DNA of 64,000 nt from an uncultured Clostridia bacterium (GTDB lineage: Bacteria > Bacillota > Clostridia > UBA1381), in contig CALXZP010000014.1 in the NCBI GenBank assembly GCA_944393255.1, positions 25,514 to 89,513 of the forward strand, in the 5' to 3' direction. Below the pieces are notes generated by a model. The model was not told the origin of the DNA. It did no database searches and worked only from the letters and a program-made list of their open reading frames with translations. How positions within the stretch are numbered: the first letter of the stretch is position 1; the number at the start of each line of letters is the position of its first letter. Positions 17,603-26,393 of the stretch are shown in pieces. Position numbers and translations under genes: made by a program.

Positions 17603-18826
17603 ATGATGAAAAAAATCTTTAGTCTGATTTTTGCGATTATATGCTTGTTGTCTGTTTCTGTAATGGCAGGAGCCGCCGAAATGACGGATGTGCAAAAAAG
17701 TGAATTGTCTGCACTTGGAATAATGACGGGCGATGCGGACGGAGATCTGAGACTGAATGACACGATAACAAGAGCCGAAGCTGTAAAAATGATTTGTACC
17801 GCAGGAAACATAGGAACAGAGCTCATAGAAACAAATGTGTTTCCTGACGTACAGGAGGACCATTGGGCATACAGATACATAGCTGCAGCTAAAGAGAATG
17901 GTATTGTAGACGGCGACGAAAACGGAAATTTCAACCCGGAAAGCAATATTACAAATGAGGAACTGATCAAAATGGCTGTTTGTTTGGTTGGATATGGTCA
18001 AAAAGCCTACTATACAGGAGGATATCCGGCCGGTTATGCTGCTGTCGCTACCGAGATCGGTTTAACAAAGGACATGCAGTTTGAAGTCGGCGCCTCTGCG
18101 GTAAGAAGCGATGCGGGTATAATTCTTTATAATGCGCTTAGTGTGCCTGTTATGGTAGAAAAAGAGGGAGGATACGTAAATAATGTTCAAATAAAAGAAT
18201 TAGTCATTATGGACGGATCGGCAGGAACTGAATTAGTTACTTTAAAGACAAAGACCAAAACATTTGATGCTTCCGCATATAATATAAGTAAGCTTTTAAA
18301 AGAATTTGCTTCCGGTTACTCGTATAAAGAGGGAGATACAGAACAGTCGTTCGAGCTGTATCCGGATATCATCTATACCTCAGGTATTGAATATACCGAA
18401 GGAGGAATGGAATACGAATGTCCGGCAGTATATGATGATCTGATCGTTCCGGAATTGGTCAACAATATAAAAACAGGAAATGCTGAACTCTTTATAGGAG
18501 GATCGGATAAAATTTATAATGTGGAATATGCTGTTTTTAAAGAGAAAATGCTTGTTCCGCTTGAGGTTTTTAGCTTGATCGGCTGTGATATCAGCTTTGA
18601 CGAAACATCATATGTTGCGGCAGTCAGCAAGAATTCAACGATATTAGAGATCATACCGAATGTGATAGGGATGAGAAAAAATCAGGCGGGGGGCTTTTGG
18701 GTACCGCTTGAGGTTTGCGCAAGGTTTGTCAATAATGCACTGTATGTTCCTCTGGAAGCGGTTGCGCGTGAATTTGATATAAGTACAGAGTGGAACGATA
18801 CGGAAGATACGATAACAATAAAATGA
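17603..18826 (+). CDS. Secreted protein with an SLH domain and copper-amine-oxidase-N-terminal-like (stalk) repeats
   Basis: Signal peptide. SLH-like FPDVQEDHWAYRYIAAAKENGIVDG. C-terminal MLVPLEVF.. and ALYVPLEAVAREFDI..W motifs. Confidence 0.7.
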   Translation: MMKKIFSLIFAIICLLSVSVMAGAAEMTDVQKSELSALGIMTGDADGDLRLNDTITRAEAVKMICTAGNIGTELIETNVFPDVQEDHWAYRYIAAAKENGIVDGDENGNFNPESNITNEELIKMAVCLVGYGQKAYYTGGYPAGYAAVATEIGLTKDMQFEVGASAVRSDAGIILYNALSVPVMVEKEGGYVNNVQIKELVIMDGSAGTELVTLKTKTKTFDASAYNISKLLKEFASGYSYKEGDTEQSFELYPDIIYTSGIEYTEGGMEYECPAVYDDLIVPELVNNIKTGNAELFIGGSDKIYNVEYAVFKEKMLVPLEVFSLIGCDISFDETSYVAAVSKNSTILEIIPNVIGMRKNQAGGFWVPLEVCARFVNNALYVPLEAVAREFDISTEWNDTEDTITIK

Positions 18827-18949
18827 TTTGATATATGTATAGCTATAAAATAGTTTTGCTATGTATGAATATGTCCGCACCCCCTTCCCTTTCAGTTATC
18901 ACAGATCATGGTGAAAAATATAACGGTTTAACTGATCGTTAAGGCATTG

Positions 18950-18995
18950 AGCCGATAATTTGTTTATGCTTTTACAAATTATCGGCTGTTTTTTT
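18950..18995 (+). terminator. Intrinsic terminator
   Basis: agccgataatttgt / acaaattatcggct stem followed by a T7 run. Confidence 0.75.
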
Positions 18996-19034
18996 CACAT
19001 GAGCGTACGCCGAAAACGGCGGCTTTGAATGTTT

Positions 19035-19394
19035 TTATTTGCCGAGAAGCTTGTCCGACCATTCCTTTTCACGGAAGCCTATCAGCGATATGCCGCTGCC
19101 TGTCAGTATCGGACGTTTTATGAGCATACCGTCGGTGGAGAGAAGCCGGAGCATCTCATCCTCGCTCATTTCGGGAAGCTTGTCTTTCAGCTGCATTTCA
19201 CGGTAGAGAATACCGCTTGTATTGAAAAGCTTCTTTGCCGGACAGGCAGCGGTTTTCAGTATTTCGCACAGTTCTTCGTATGACGGAACAGCCTCTTTGA
19301 TATTGCGTTCCGTATATGCTATATTATGTTCATCAAGCCATTTCCGGGCTTTTTTACAGGTGGTGCATTTCGGGTAACAGATAAATTCAAGCAT
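19035..19394 (-). CDS. ArsC/Spx-family reductase-like protein
   Basis: MLEFICYPKCTTCKKARKWLDEH N-terminus typical of the ArsC/YffB/Spx fold. AAGGAGG SD sequence before ATG 19394. Confidence 0.75.
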   Translation of the reverse strand: MLEFICYPKCTTCKKARKWLDEHNIAYTERNIKEAVPSYEELCEILKTAACPAKKLFNTSGILYREMQLKDKLPEMSEDEMLRLLSTDGMLIKRPILTGSGISLIGFREKEWSDKLLGK

Positions 19395-19473
19395 TGAAGG
19401 TGTCCTCCTTGTATATTTCAATATATTATTGCAAAACGCTGCTGCGTTTTGTGTTTGATGATTAAGTATCGTC

Positions 19474-19512
19474 AGGGAATAAAAATACGCCGCGGAGACC
19501 CGTGTCTCCGCA
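19474..19512 (-). terminator. Intrinsic terminator of the SLH protein gene
   Basis: gcggagac-ccgt-gtctccgc hairpin, with a T-run on the minus strand. Confidence 0.7.
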
Positions 19513-19526
19513 GCGTACTTTTAAAA

Positions 19527-22500
19527 TTACTCATAGATAACTATGAACTTGGCTGTAGGTGTTACGGATGATGAATTTGTTGTGCTTGAAACATATGTTA
19601 TGAGCACCTTTGAGCAATCCGATCCGTAATACATCGCATCCCTGAGATCTGTCAATGCAAGAGATGTATTTTCAGAGCCTTCGGCATACGGTGTGAATTC
19701 GTCTGTGTCGCTGTCGTATCTTACGATCTTGGTCGAGGATGATACCTTGATCTCCTCATATGACGAATCATCTATAGTACCTGTCGCGTCAAAACCGTTC
19801 TTTGTAACGTAGAGTGCGTTTTCGTCCGGAAGCGTCTGAAGAACATTGAACATCGCTGCACGCGAGAATATATCCGTTGAGTTTCCGCCGGTCTGATAGT
19901 AGTCGTCTGTCGGACCCGAGAGATCTGTCTTGGGATATCTCCAGTCAAATACATACTTCTGCCAGTTATTATCCTCTGTCTGCTCCTGGGTTTCGTTCCA
20001 GGTGTAGGTCTCTGTGCGTTCATTGCCGGATTCATCGGTATATGTTATCGAGCTTCCGTTGAGTACGCGTGAGATCTTGTCGTAATCCTGAACGAGCATA
20101 TACGAGTCAGCCATGTTTTCCGAATCGAGTCCGCAGAGGATGATATCGCCTCTTGATATCGCACTGAAGTCAGCCGACGGTGATATCAGCGACTTGCTGA
20201 GCGTTGCGGTCGAATTATATGTTGAAAGAGTTTCGTATACGCCGTCCTGTGAGGAATCGTATTCTTCAGTTATATAATCCGCTACAAGCCTGTATGCGGT
20301 CGTTCTTGCGATAGGAGTACCGCTCTTAAGGTTTGTGTTGTATACAAGCAGGCATGACGGGTATCTTGTCGTGCCGACGTCGTATGCATCGAGATAATAT
20401 GTGCCTCCCGACGACATCGAGCTTGTTGTTATAGCCGACTTGAGGGCGTATGAATCAACATCCGTTCTGTCCTTGGGGATAACAAACAGCGGTGTGCTCG
20501 ATCTTATCGAATAAAGCGTAGCGCCTGAGCTTGATTCCTTAACGCTTGATGATGAAACGTAGTACTTGTTGTTCGGATCCATCGACTTATAGCGTGAAAG
20601 AACGCCGTTATCCTCGTTCTGCGAGCCCTCTGTGCCGGAGCTCATTGTAACGATCTGCGATATCTCGCCGGAGCCGTTGAGACCGAATTTGATAAGCTGG
20701 TTCACGTCTGTGAGCTTTATGTTTGCATTCGGTATGTCGGCGTCCGGATTTGCATTTTCAGCTGTTTCTCTGAGTCTCTCTATAGCAGATTCTCCGGAAA
20801 TCGAGTCGCCGTCTATCCTTACCTTCGACGCTACCTTGTAGCTCTGTACCCTGTAGCTGGTCGAGGATGTGAATGAGGTCAGCGTTGTGCTTGCCGGAGA
20901 GAACATGCGCAGGTAGTATGTCGGACCCTCGTTCTCGTAGTCTATTACGTAAGCATACGGATAATATGTCGAAGAAGTGGAAACTGTGCCCCACTCAAGT
21001 GTTCCGAACATATCTGTGTACGCCGTTATATCCATACCGGTCTTGAGCTCCTTCTGCTCCTTGTCCTTGATATAGGAAAGGAAGCGCTCGCTTACACGGT
21101 ATTCAACGTTGTCGATGAATATGCTGCCGGAGTCTTCGCTCAGCATGAGCGAGGTTATAGCCCCCTTAACGCTCTTTGCGGTATCAACTACAGTATAGAG
21201 TTCGCCGTCAAGGCTTACCGCATAGTTAAGAACGTCGTTTGCAGCTATAGATGTTGTTTCGATCTGGCTGCCGTTCTTGGTTATTGTATAGCTGTAGTTT
21301 ACAGCATTCGGATTGAGCGTAAGCGAATTTCCGGCTACGGTCTTGTCCGTTATCTTATAGTCGGTGGACGTGGGTGATTTGTAAGCTACGATAGTGTCAT
21401 AGTCGTATATGTCAACCACGCTGTAGCTGCCTGTGGAACCGCTGTCGATCAAAGTTACATTACCGTAAATGAAATTATCGGAGTTAGGGTTGAGCCATTC
21501 CGACAATGCTTCAAACGGAGTGTAGCTCTTATCGCCGAGAGTAACGTTTCCGCTTACAGCCCTGCCGTTATAGCGTACCGTTACATCGTTATTCAAGCGT
21601 ACGGTAGTTGCACGTCCTGCATTTTCCTTAAAGTAACCTAAGCTGCCGCTGCTGTAGCTGTCTATATCATATGAGTAAATAGAGAGCTGCGAATTGGTAT
21701 ATGTCTCGTCGTCTATCTCAACGAGCCACTTGTCTGTTGAGTTGGAATCCGCGCGGTAGTATACAACTATCGTCTGACCGAGGTATGCGTTCATATCCGC
21801 ATATGACTCTGTATATTCCGTGTAGTCCATAACGTATTCATCGCCGAGAGCATCCTTTATGTCGATCTGTCCCGGATTGAGCGTTACGGTACAATCGTTT
21901 GTGGTCGATGATTCAACACCTACAACAGTTCCCTTGAGCATGTACACATTGAGGTAGTCGTTAAGGAGATTCTTTTTTGTTGAAGACGTCATAGTCAGAG
22001 AATCGACCATATCCACCTCAAGCGCATTGTACATAACCTGTGCGATAACGCCCCTGCTTGCGTTAGACTCGTATGTAACTCCCGAAACGCCGTCCGTAAG
22101 ACCGAGCGAAGCCGCCTGCGACTGGTAGCCGAGCGGGTAGCCGCCCTTCTGCTCAGCCAGCGACTGATAACCCAGGGTGCAGACTACCATTTTGAGCGCC
22201 TGCTCGTATGTGACCGGATCGTCGGGCTTGAAGGTCGTTTCATCAAAACCGTTTATGATGCCGAGATCGTACGCGGTCTTGATGTTCGCGTTTGCCCAGT
22301 GGTCTTCGGACACATCCGTGAACTGCGTTATCTTATCGGTAACTTTATCGTAGCCGAGAGTATAAACGATTATTTTAGTGAACTCGGCGCGTGTTATGTT
22401 TTTGTCCGGCTCAAACGTATTGTTTTCATAACCGTTTATTACGTTGAGCTTACTTAGTGTTGTGATGGCCTTTTTGTAGCTGTGATCATCAGGTACGTCG

Positions 22501-22586
22501 CTGAACGCAGCGCTTGCAGGGAACGAGGCGAACAGTGCGGTGATCATTGTGATCAAAGCTACAGCCAAAGCGAGCTGTTTTTTCAT
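19527..22586 (-). CDS. Large cell-surface protein with three N-terminal SLH domains (S-layer protein candidate)
   Basis: 1019 aa with a signal peptide (..FPASAAF). Three SLH repeats (FSDVPDDHSY.., FTDVSEDHWA.., GGYPLGYQSQA..). The remainder is Thr/Ser/Tyr-rich and looks beta-type. Confidence 0.8.
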   Translation of the reverse strand: MKKQLALAVALITMITALFASFPASAAFSDVPDDHSYKKAITTLSKLNVINGYENNTFEPDKNITRAEFTKIIVYTLGYDKVTDKITQFTDVSEDHWANANIKTAYDLGIINGFDETTFKPDDPVTYEQALKMVVCTLGYQSLAEQKGGYPLGYQSQAASLGLTDGVSGVTYESNASRGVIAQVMYNALEVDMVDSLTMTSSTKKNLLNDYLNVYMLKGTVVGVESSTTNDCTVTLNPGQIDIKDALGDEYVMDYTEYTESYADMNAYLGQTIVVYYRADSNSTDKWLVEIDDETYTNSQLSIYSYDIDSYSSGSLGYFKENAGRATTVRLNNDVTVRYNGRAVSGNVTLGDKSYTPFEALSEWLNPNSDNFIYGNVTLIDSGSTGSYSVVDIYDYDTIVAYKSPTSTDYKITDKTVAGNSLTLNPNAVNYSYTITKNGSQIETTSIAANDVLNYAVSLDGELYTVVDTAKSVKGAITSLMLSEDSGSIFIDNVEYRVSERFLSYIKDKEQKELKTGMDITAYTDMFGTLEWGTVSTSSTYYPYAYVIDYENEGPTYYLRMFSPASTTLTSFTSSTSYRVQSYKVASKVRIDGDSISGESAIERLRETAENANPDADIPNANIKLTDVNQLIKFGLNGSGEISQIVTMSSGTEGSQNEDNGVLSRYKSMDPNNKYYVSSSSVKESSSGATLYSIRSSTPLFVIPKDRTDVDSYALKSAITTSSMSSGGTYYLDAYDVGTTRYPSCLLVYNTNLKSGTPIARTTAYRLVADYITEEYDSSQDGVYETLSTYNSTATLSKSLISPSADFSAISRGDIILCGLDSENMADSYMLVQDYDKISRVLNGSSITYTDESGNERTETYTWNETQEQTEDNNWQKYVFDWRYPKTDLSGPTDDYYQTGGNSTDIFSRAAMFNVLQTLPDENALYVTKNGFDATGTIDDSSYEEIKVSSSTKIVRYDSDTDEFTPYAEGSENTSLALTDLRDAMYYGSDCSKVLITYVSSTTNSSSVTPTAKFIVIYE

Positions 22587-22760
22587 TTGATCAAATCCTT
22601 TCTGTTTTTTAGAAATAACGGATACAGCGTCACAATCCGTTATTTTCCGATTGCTACAATAAAAATCAGATCTGTGAATACAGAATGAATTTTTATTGTA
22701 TGATATATTTATTCTATCATATTTTCAGAGTTTAGTCAATCAAAAATTGTTGAAATTATC

Positions 22761-22817
22761 ATAAAGACAAAAATTTATTATAAAGTCAAAAATTTATAGT
22801 AATGTCAAGAATTCATC
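22761..22817. repeat. Three tandem imperfect 19-bp repeats in the divergent S-layer/ftsH intergenic region
   Basis: ataaagacaaaaatttatt / ataaagtcaaaaatttata / gtaatgtcaagaattcatc. Copies 1 and 2 match at 17/19. Copies 2 and 3 match at 14/19. Confidence 0.7.
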
Positions 22818-23036
22818 CGGGCGCCGGAATTTATTTATGAATTTTTTATAAAAAAGCTATTAAATAACATAAATGATATTGAATTTTCTTTATTAATATG
22901 GTACACTTGTTTTATAGCTTTAAATATAAGTATCCGCAGCTCTGCGGCTGTGAGATACAATAGCGGGCGGTCGCGGAAAACATATTCGGCAGCCGCTTGT
23001 TATGCTGCAATAGAGAAAGGGGAAGAAGCAGGAAGC

Positions 23037-25022
23037 ATGAACAATAACAGGAAAAATTCTCCGGGCAATTCGCCGATGAAAAATCCGCTGCTGATTTTTT
23101 TGCTTATATCCGTTGTGGCGACTATCGGACTTAATATGCTTATATCGTTTATTTCAACTCCGGACAAAACGGAGATAACATATGATGAGTTCCTGACAAT
23201 GATAGATAACGGCGAGGTCAATGAGGTCGTCATATCCGGAGACCAGTATACCATATACGGACAGCCGACTATCGATGCGGACGATATTGAAGATTCTAAT
23301 CCGGGTCTGTTCATCATGGGCAGCGTCGGCAGGCAGGCGTCAGAGGCACGTGAACTGGCGTCGAGGCCGGTGTATTACACAGGGTACATTAATGACCAGA
23401 GACTCTATGGCAAGCTGGACGACAAGGACGTTAAATACTCAACTCCGGTTCAGTATTCAAACCCGATCGTAGATTTTCTTCTCACATGGATCCTTCCGCT
23501 CGTTATAATGTACGGTCTGGTCATGCTCCTGATGCGCGTGATGACAAAGCGCATGGGAGGCGGCGGAGGAATAATGGGTATAGGTCAGTCCCATGCCAAG
23601 ATGTACAATGTCGAGAGCAAGACCGGAGTAACGTTCAACGACGTTGCGGGACAGGAGGAAGCGAAGGAGTCGCTTGACGAGATCGTCGATTTTCTCCATA
23701 ATCCGGGGAAATATACGGCTATCGGAGCAAAGCAGCCCAAGGGCGCGCTGCTGGTAGGTCCGCCGGGAACGGGTAAAACGCTTCTCGCAAAGGCGGTAGC
23801 AGGCGAAGCGAATGTTCCGTTTTTTTCGCTTTCGGGTTCCGAGTTCGTCGAGATGTTCGTTGGCGTGGGCGCGTCGCGTGTACGGGATCTTTTTAAGCAG
23901 GCCGCCGCGAAAGCGCCGTGTATAATTTTTATAGACGAGATAGACGCGATAGGAAAATCAAGAGACAACCAGATCTCTGCAAACGATGAGCGTGAACAGA
24001 CGCTCAATCAGCTGCTTGCCGAGATGGACGGCTTTGATTCGTCAAAGGGCGTGGTGATACTCGCGGCAACGAACCGTCCGGAGATACTGGATAAGGCTCT
24101 GCTGCGTCCGGGACGCTTTGACAGGCGTATCATAGTAGAAAAGCCGGATCTCAAGGGCAGAGAAGATATTTTGAAGGTGCATATCAAGCATGTAAAGACC
24201 GACCCGGGCATAGACCTGCATGAAATGGCGCTTGCGACGAGCGGTGCAGTCGGCGCCGATCTTGCCAATATGGTGAACGAGGCGGCGCTGAGGGCTGTCC
24301 GTTTCGGACGCAGCCATGTTATACAGGAGGATCTCATGGAATCGGTAGAGGTCATTATAGCCGGAAAGGAAAAGAAAGACCGGATACTCTCGCCGAAGGA
24401 GAAGAGGATCGTTTCATTCCACGAGGTCGGTCATGCGCTTGCCACAGCGCTTCAGAAGAACACGCAGCCTGTGCATAAGATAACGATAGTTCCGAGAACG
24501 ATGGGAGCGCTCGGATATACTATGCAGATGCCGGAGGAGGAAGAGCATTATCTTAACAGCCGTGACGAGATACTGGATCAGATAACCGTATTCCTGGCGG
24601 GACGCGCGGCGGAGGAGATAGTGTTCAGCACTCAGACGACGGGCGCGGCCAACGATATTGAGCGCGCAACGGATATGGCGCGTAAGATGATAACGATGTT
24701 CGGAATGTCGGAAAGGTTTGGACTGGCGGGGCTTGAGAGCGTTCAGAACAAATATCTGGACGGCAGGAGCGTAGCGAACTGCTCCGAGGAGACAAAGACG
24801 GAGATAGACCGCGAAGTGGTGCGTATATTAAAGGAAAGATATGAGATAGCTAAGTCGCTGCTCAACGAAAACCGCGATGCGCTCGATGAGATATCTGAAT
24901 TCCTCATTGATAAGGAAACCATAACCGGCGAGGAATTTATGGAGATATTCAATAAGGTGCGGGAAAACAGAAACAAGCCTGAGGAGGCTTCGGAGCCGGA
25001 GCCTGCCCAGACAGAAGAATAA
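23037..25022 (+). CDS. ftsH: ATP-dependent zinc metalloprotease FtsH
   Basis: Two TM helices, AAA+ Walker A GPPGTGKT, and an HEVGH zinc site. Start chosen at ATG 23037. The ORF opens at 22950. Confidence 0.9.
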   Translation: MNNNRKNSPGNSPMKNPLLIFLLISVVATIGLNMLISFISTPDKTEITYDEFLTMIDNGEVNEVVISGDQYTIYGQPTIDADDIEDSNPGLFIMGSVGRQASEARELASRPVYYTGYINDQRLYGKLDDKDVKYSTPVQYSNPIVDFLLTWILPLVIMYGLVMLLMRVMTKRMGGGGGIMGIGQSHAKMYNVESKTGVTFNDVAGQEEAKESLDEIVDFLHNPGKYTAIGAKQPKGALLVGPPGTGKTLLAKAVAGEANVPFFSLSGSEFVEMFVGVGASRVRDLFKQAAAKAPCIIFIDEIDAIGKSRDNQISANDEREQTLNQLLAEMDGFDSSKGVVILAATNRPEILDKALLRPGRFDRRIIVEKPDLKGREDILKVHIKHVKTDPGIDLHEMALATSGAVGADLANMVNEAALRAVRFGRSHVIQEDLMESVEVIIAGKEKKDRILSPKEKRIVSFHEVGHALATALQKNTQPVHKITIVPRTMGALGYTMQMPEEEEHYLNSRDEILDQITVFLAGRAAEEIVFSTQTTGAANDIERATDMARKMITMFGMSERFGLAGLESVQNKYLDGRSVANCSEETKTEIDREVVRILKERYEIAKSLLNENRDALDEISEFLIDKETITGEEFMEIFNKVRENRNKPEEASEPEPAQTEE

Positions 25023-25042
25023 AAACCGAGATAACAATGAGC

Positions 25043-25086
25043 AGAGCCGTCTGTCCCCGTCCGCGGGGCGGACGGCTCTGTTTTTG
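25043..25086 (+). terminator. Intrinsic terminator after ftsH
   Basis: gagccgtc...gacggctc stem followed by a T-run. Confidence 0.75.
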
Positions 25087-25274
25087 ATGCGGCGGATCAG
25101 TCGTGTCTGTTACTTGACAAAGCGCTGCGCCGGTGATAAAATAAGTGTAAAACACCGCCGGAAAACGCCGGACGGCAATGCCGGTTCATTTTTATGCTTA
25201 TACGGAGGAAACGCCGTGCGGGGGCACGGTTCGGGATATCGCGGCGGAGAAATACGAAAGGATCTGTAAATAAA

Positions 25275-26231
25275 ATGCGTGAAAAAATTTTAGGTATTTT
25301 AAAAAATGCGGATAATTATATTTCCGGTGAGGAAATGAGCCGCAGGCTGGGCATATCCAGAGCTGCGGTATGGAAGCATATCAAAAAGCTTCGTGAGGAG
25401 GGCTACAGTATTCTTTCCGTGACGAACAAGGGCTACCGCCTTAGGGGAGAGCCGGACAATATTTCGCCGGAGCGCGTTGCAGATATGCTTGACACACGGT
25501 ATATGGGCAGAAGCATAGTGCATTTTAACAGTACCGATTCAACGAACGAGGAAGCAAAGCGCCGTTCTGATATGCCGGAGGGGACTTTATTCATTGCCGA
25601 AACTCAGCAGTCCGGAAAAGGGCGGCTCGGACGCGCATGGGAATCTCCGCGCAGCGGAGGTATATGGGCGTCGCTGCTTTTAAAGCCGGATATATCTGCC
25701 GGAGAGCTGCCGCAGATAACTCTGGCGGCCGGGGTGGCTGTGTGCCGCGCGATAGGAGGCGGAGCTAAAATAAAATGGCCAAACGATATAGTTATGGGCA
25801 CAAAAAAAGTGTGCGGCATACTTACGGAGATGTCCGCCGAGCCGGACAGGATAAATTACGTAGTCTGCGGTATCGGGATAAATGTGAATGTTGAAAAATT
25901 TCCGGCGGAGCTGTCGGAAAAGGCTACTTCCATATATAACGAAACGGGCATAAAGCAGGACAGAAATGCATTGACGGCGCGCGTCATGAACGAATTTGAA
26001 CGCGTGTACGATATATTTCTTAGGGACGGCTTCGGCGCGCTCGCTGAAGAATACGGCAGGGAATGCGTTACTCTGGGCAAGCGCGTGCAGGTGATCTATC
26101 ATAATAAAAAGATACAGGGAAGTGCGACCGGGATCGATGAAAGCGGCGCGCTTATCGTTGACACGGATGACGGACGTATAACCGTCGCTTCGGGCGAGGT
26201 CAGCGTGCGCGGTATATACGGATATATATGA
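25275..26231 (+). CDS. birA: Bifunctional biotin-[acetyl-CoA-carboxylase] ligase / repressor BirA
   Basis: N-terminal HTH (ISGEEMSRRLGISRAAVWKHIKKLREEGY), a GKGRLGR motif, and a C-terminal SH3-like domain. Confidence 0.9.
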   Translation: MREKILGILKNADNYISGEEMSRRLGISRAAVWKHIKKLREEGYSILSVTNKGYRLRGEPDNISPERVADMLDTRYMGRSIVHFNSTDSTNEEAKRRSDMPEGTLFIAETQQSGKGRLGRAWESPRSGGIWASLLLKPDISAGELPQITLAAGVAVCRAIGGGAKIKWPNDIVMGTKKVCGILTEMSAEPDRINYVVCGIGINVNVEKFPAELSEKATSIYNETGIKQDRNALTARVMNEFERVYDIFLRDGFGALAEEYGRECVTLGKRVQVIYHNKKIQGSATGIDESGALIVDTDDGRITVASGEVSVRGIYGYI

Positions 26232-26273
26232 CAGAATACTGCGTCAGGAACATTGTGAACTGTCTGTGAATTA

Positions 26274-26300
26274 TTAGCACTCTCGCGGATCGAGTGCTAA
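26274..26300 (+). promoter_or_regulatory. CIRCE operator (HrcA binding site), perfect consensus
   Basis: TTAGCACTC-tcgcggatc-GAGTGCTAA, lying 7 nt upstream of the -35 of the htpG promoter. Confidence 0.85.
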
Positions 26301-26307
26301 TTTTTTG

Positions 26308-26336
26308 TTGACTTTTTTGGGACGGAGTGCTATAAT
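26308..26336 (+). promoter_or_regulatory. Sigma-A promoter for htpG
   Basis: TTGACT (26308-13), a 17-nt spacer, then TATAAT (26331-36). Confidence 0.65.
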
Positions 26337-26393
26337 TATACTGCCGGACAGGTATCTGTCCCGATAATGATTTAAAACAAGAGGTGTTCATTT

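Noticed and set aside
15183-19034. Direct or inverted flanking repeats that would mark the BlaI/BlaR1/SLH module as a mobile insertion.
   Set aside because: Comparison of both borders by eye showed no shared repeats, and no integrase or transposase is present. Only the lower GC hints at foreign origin.
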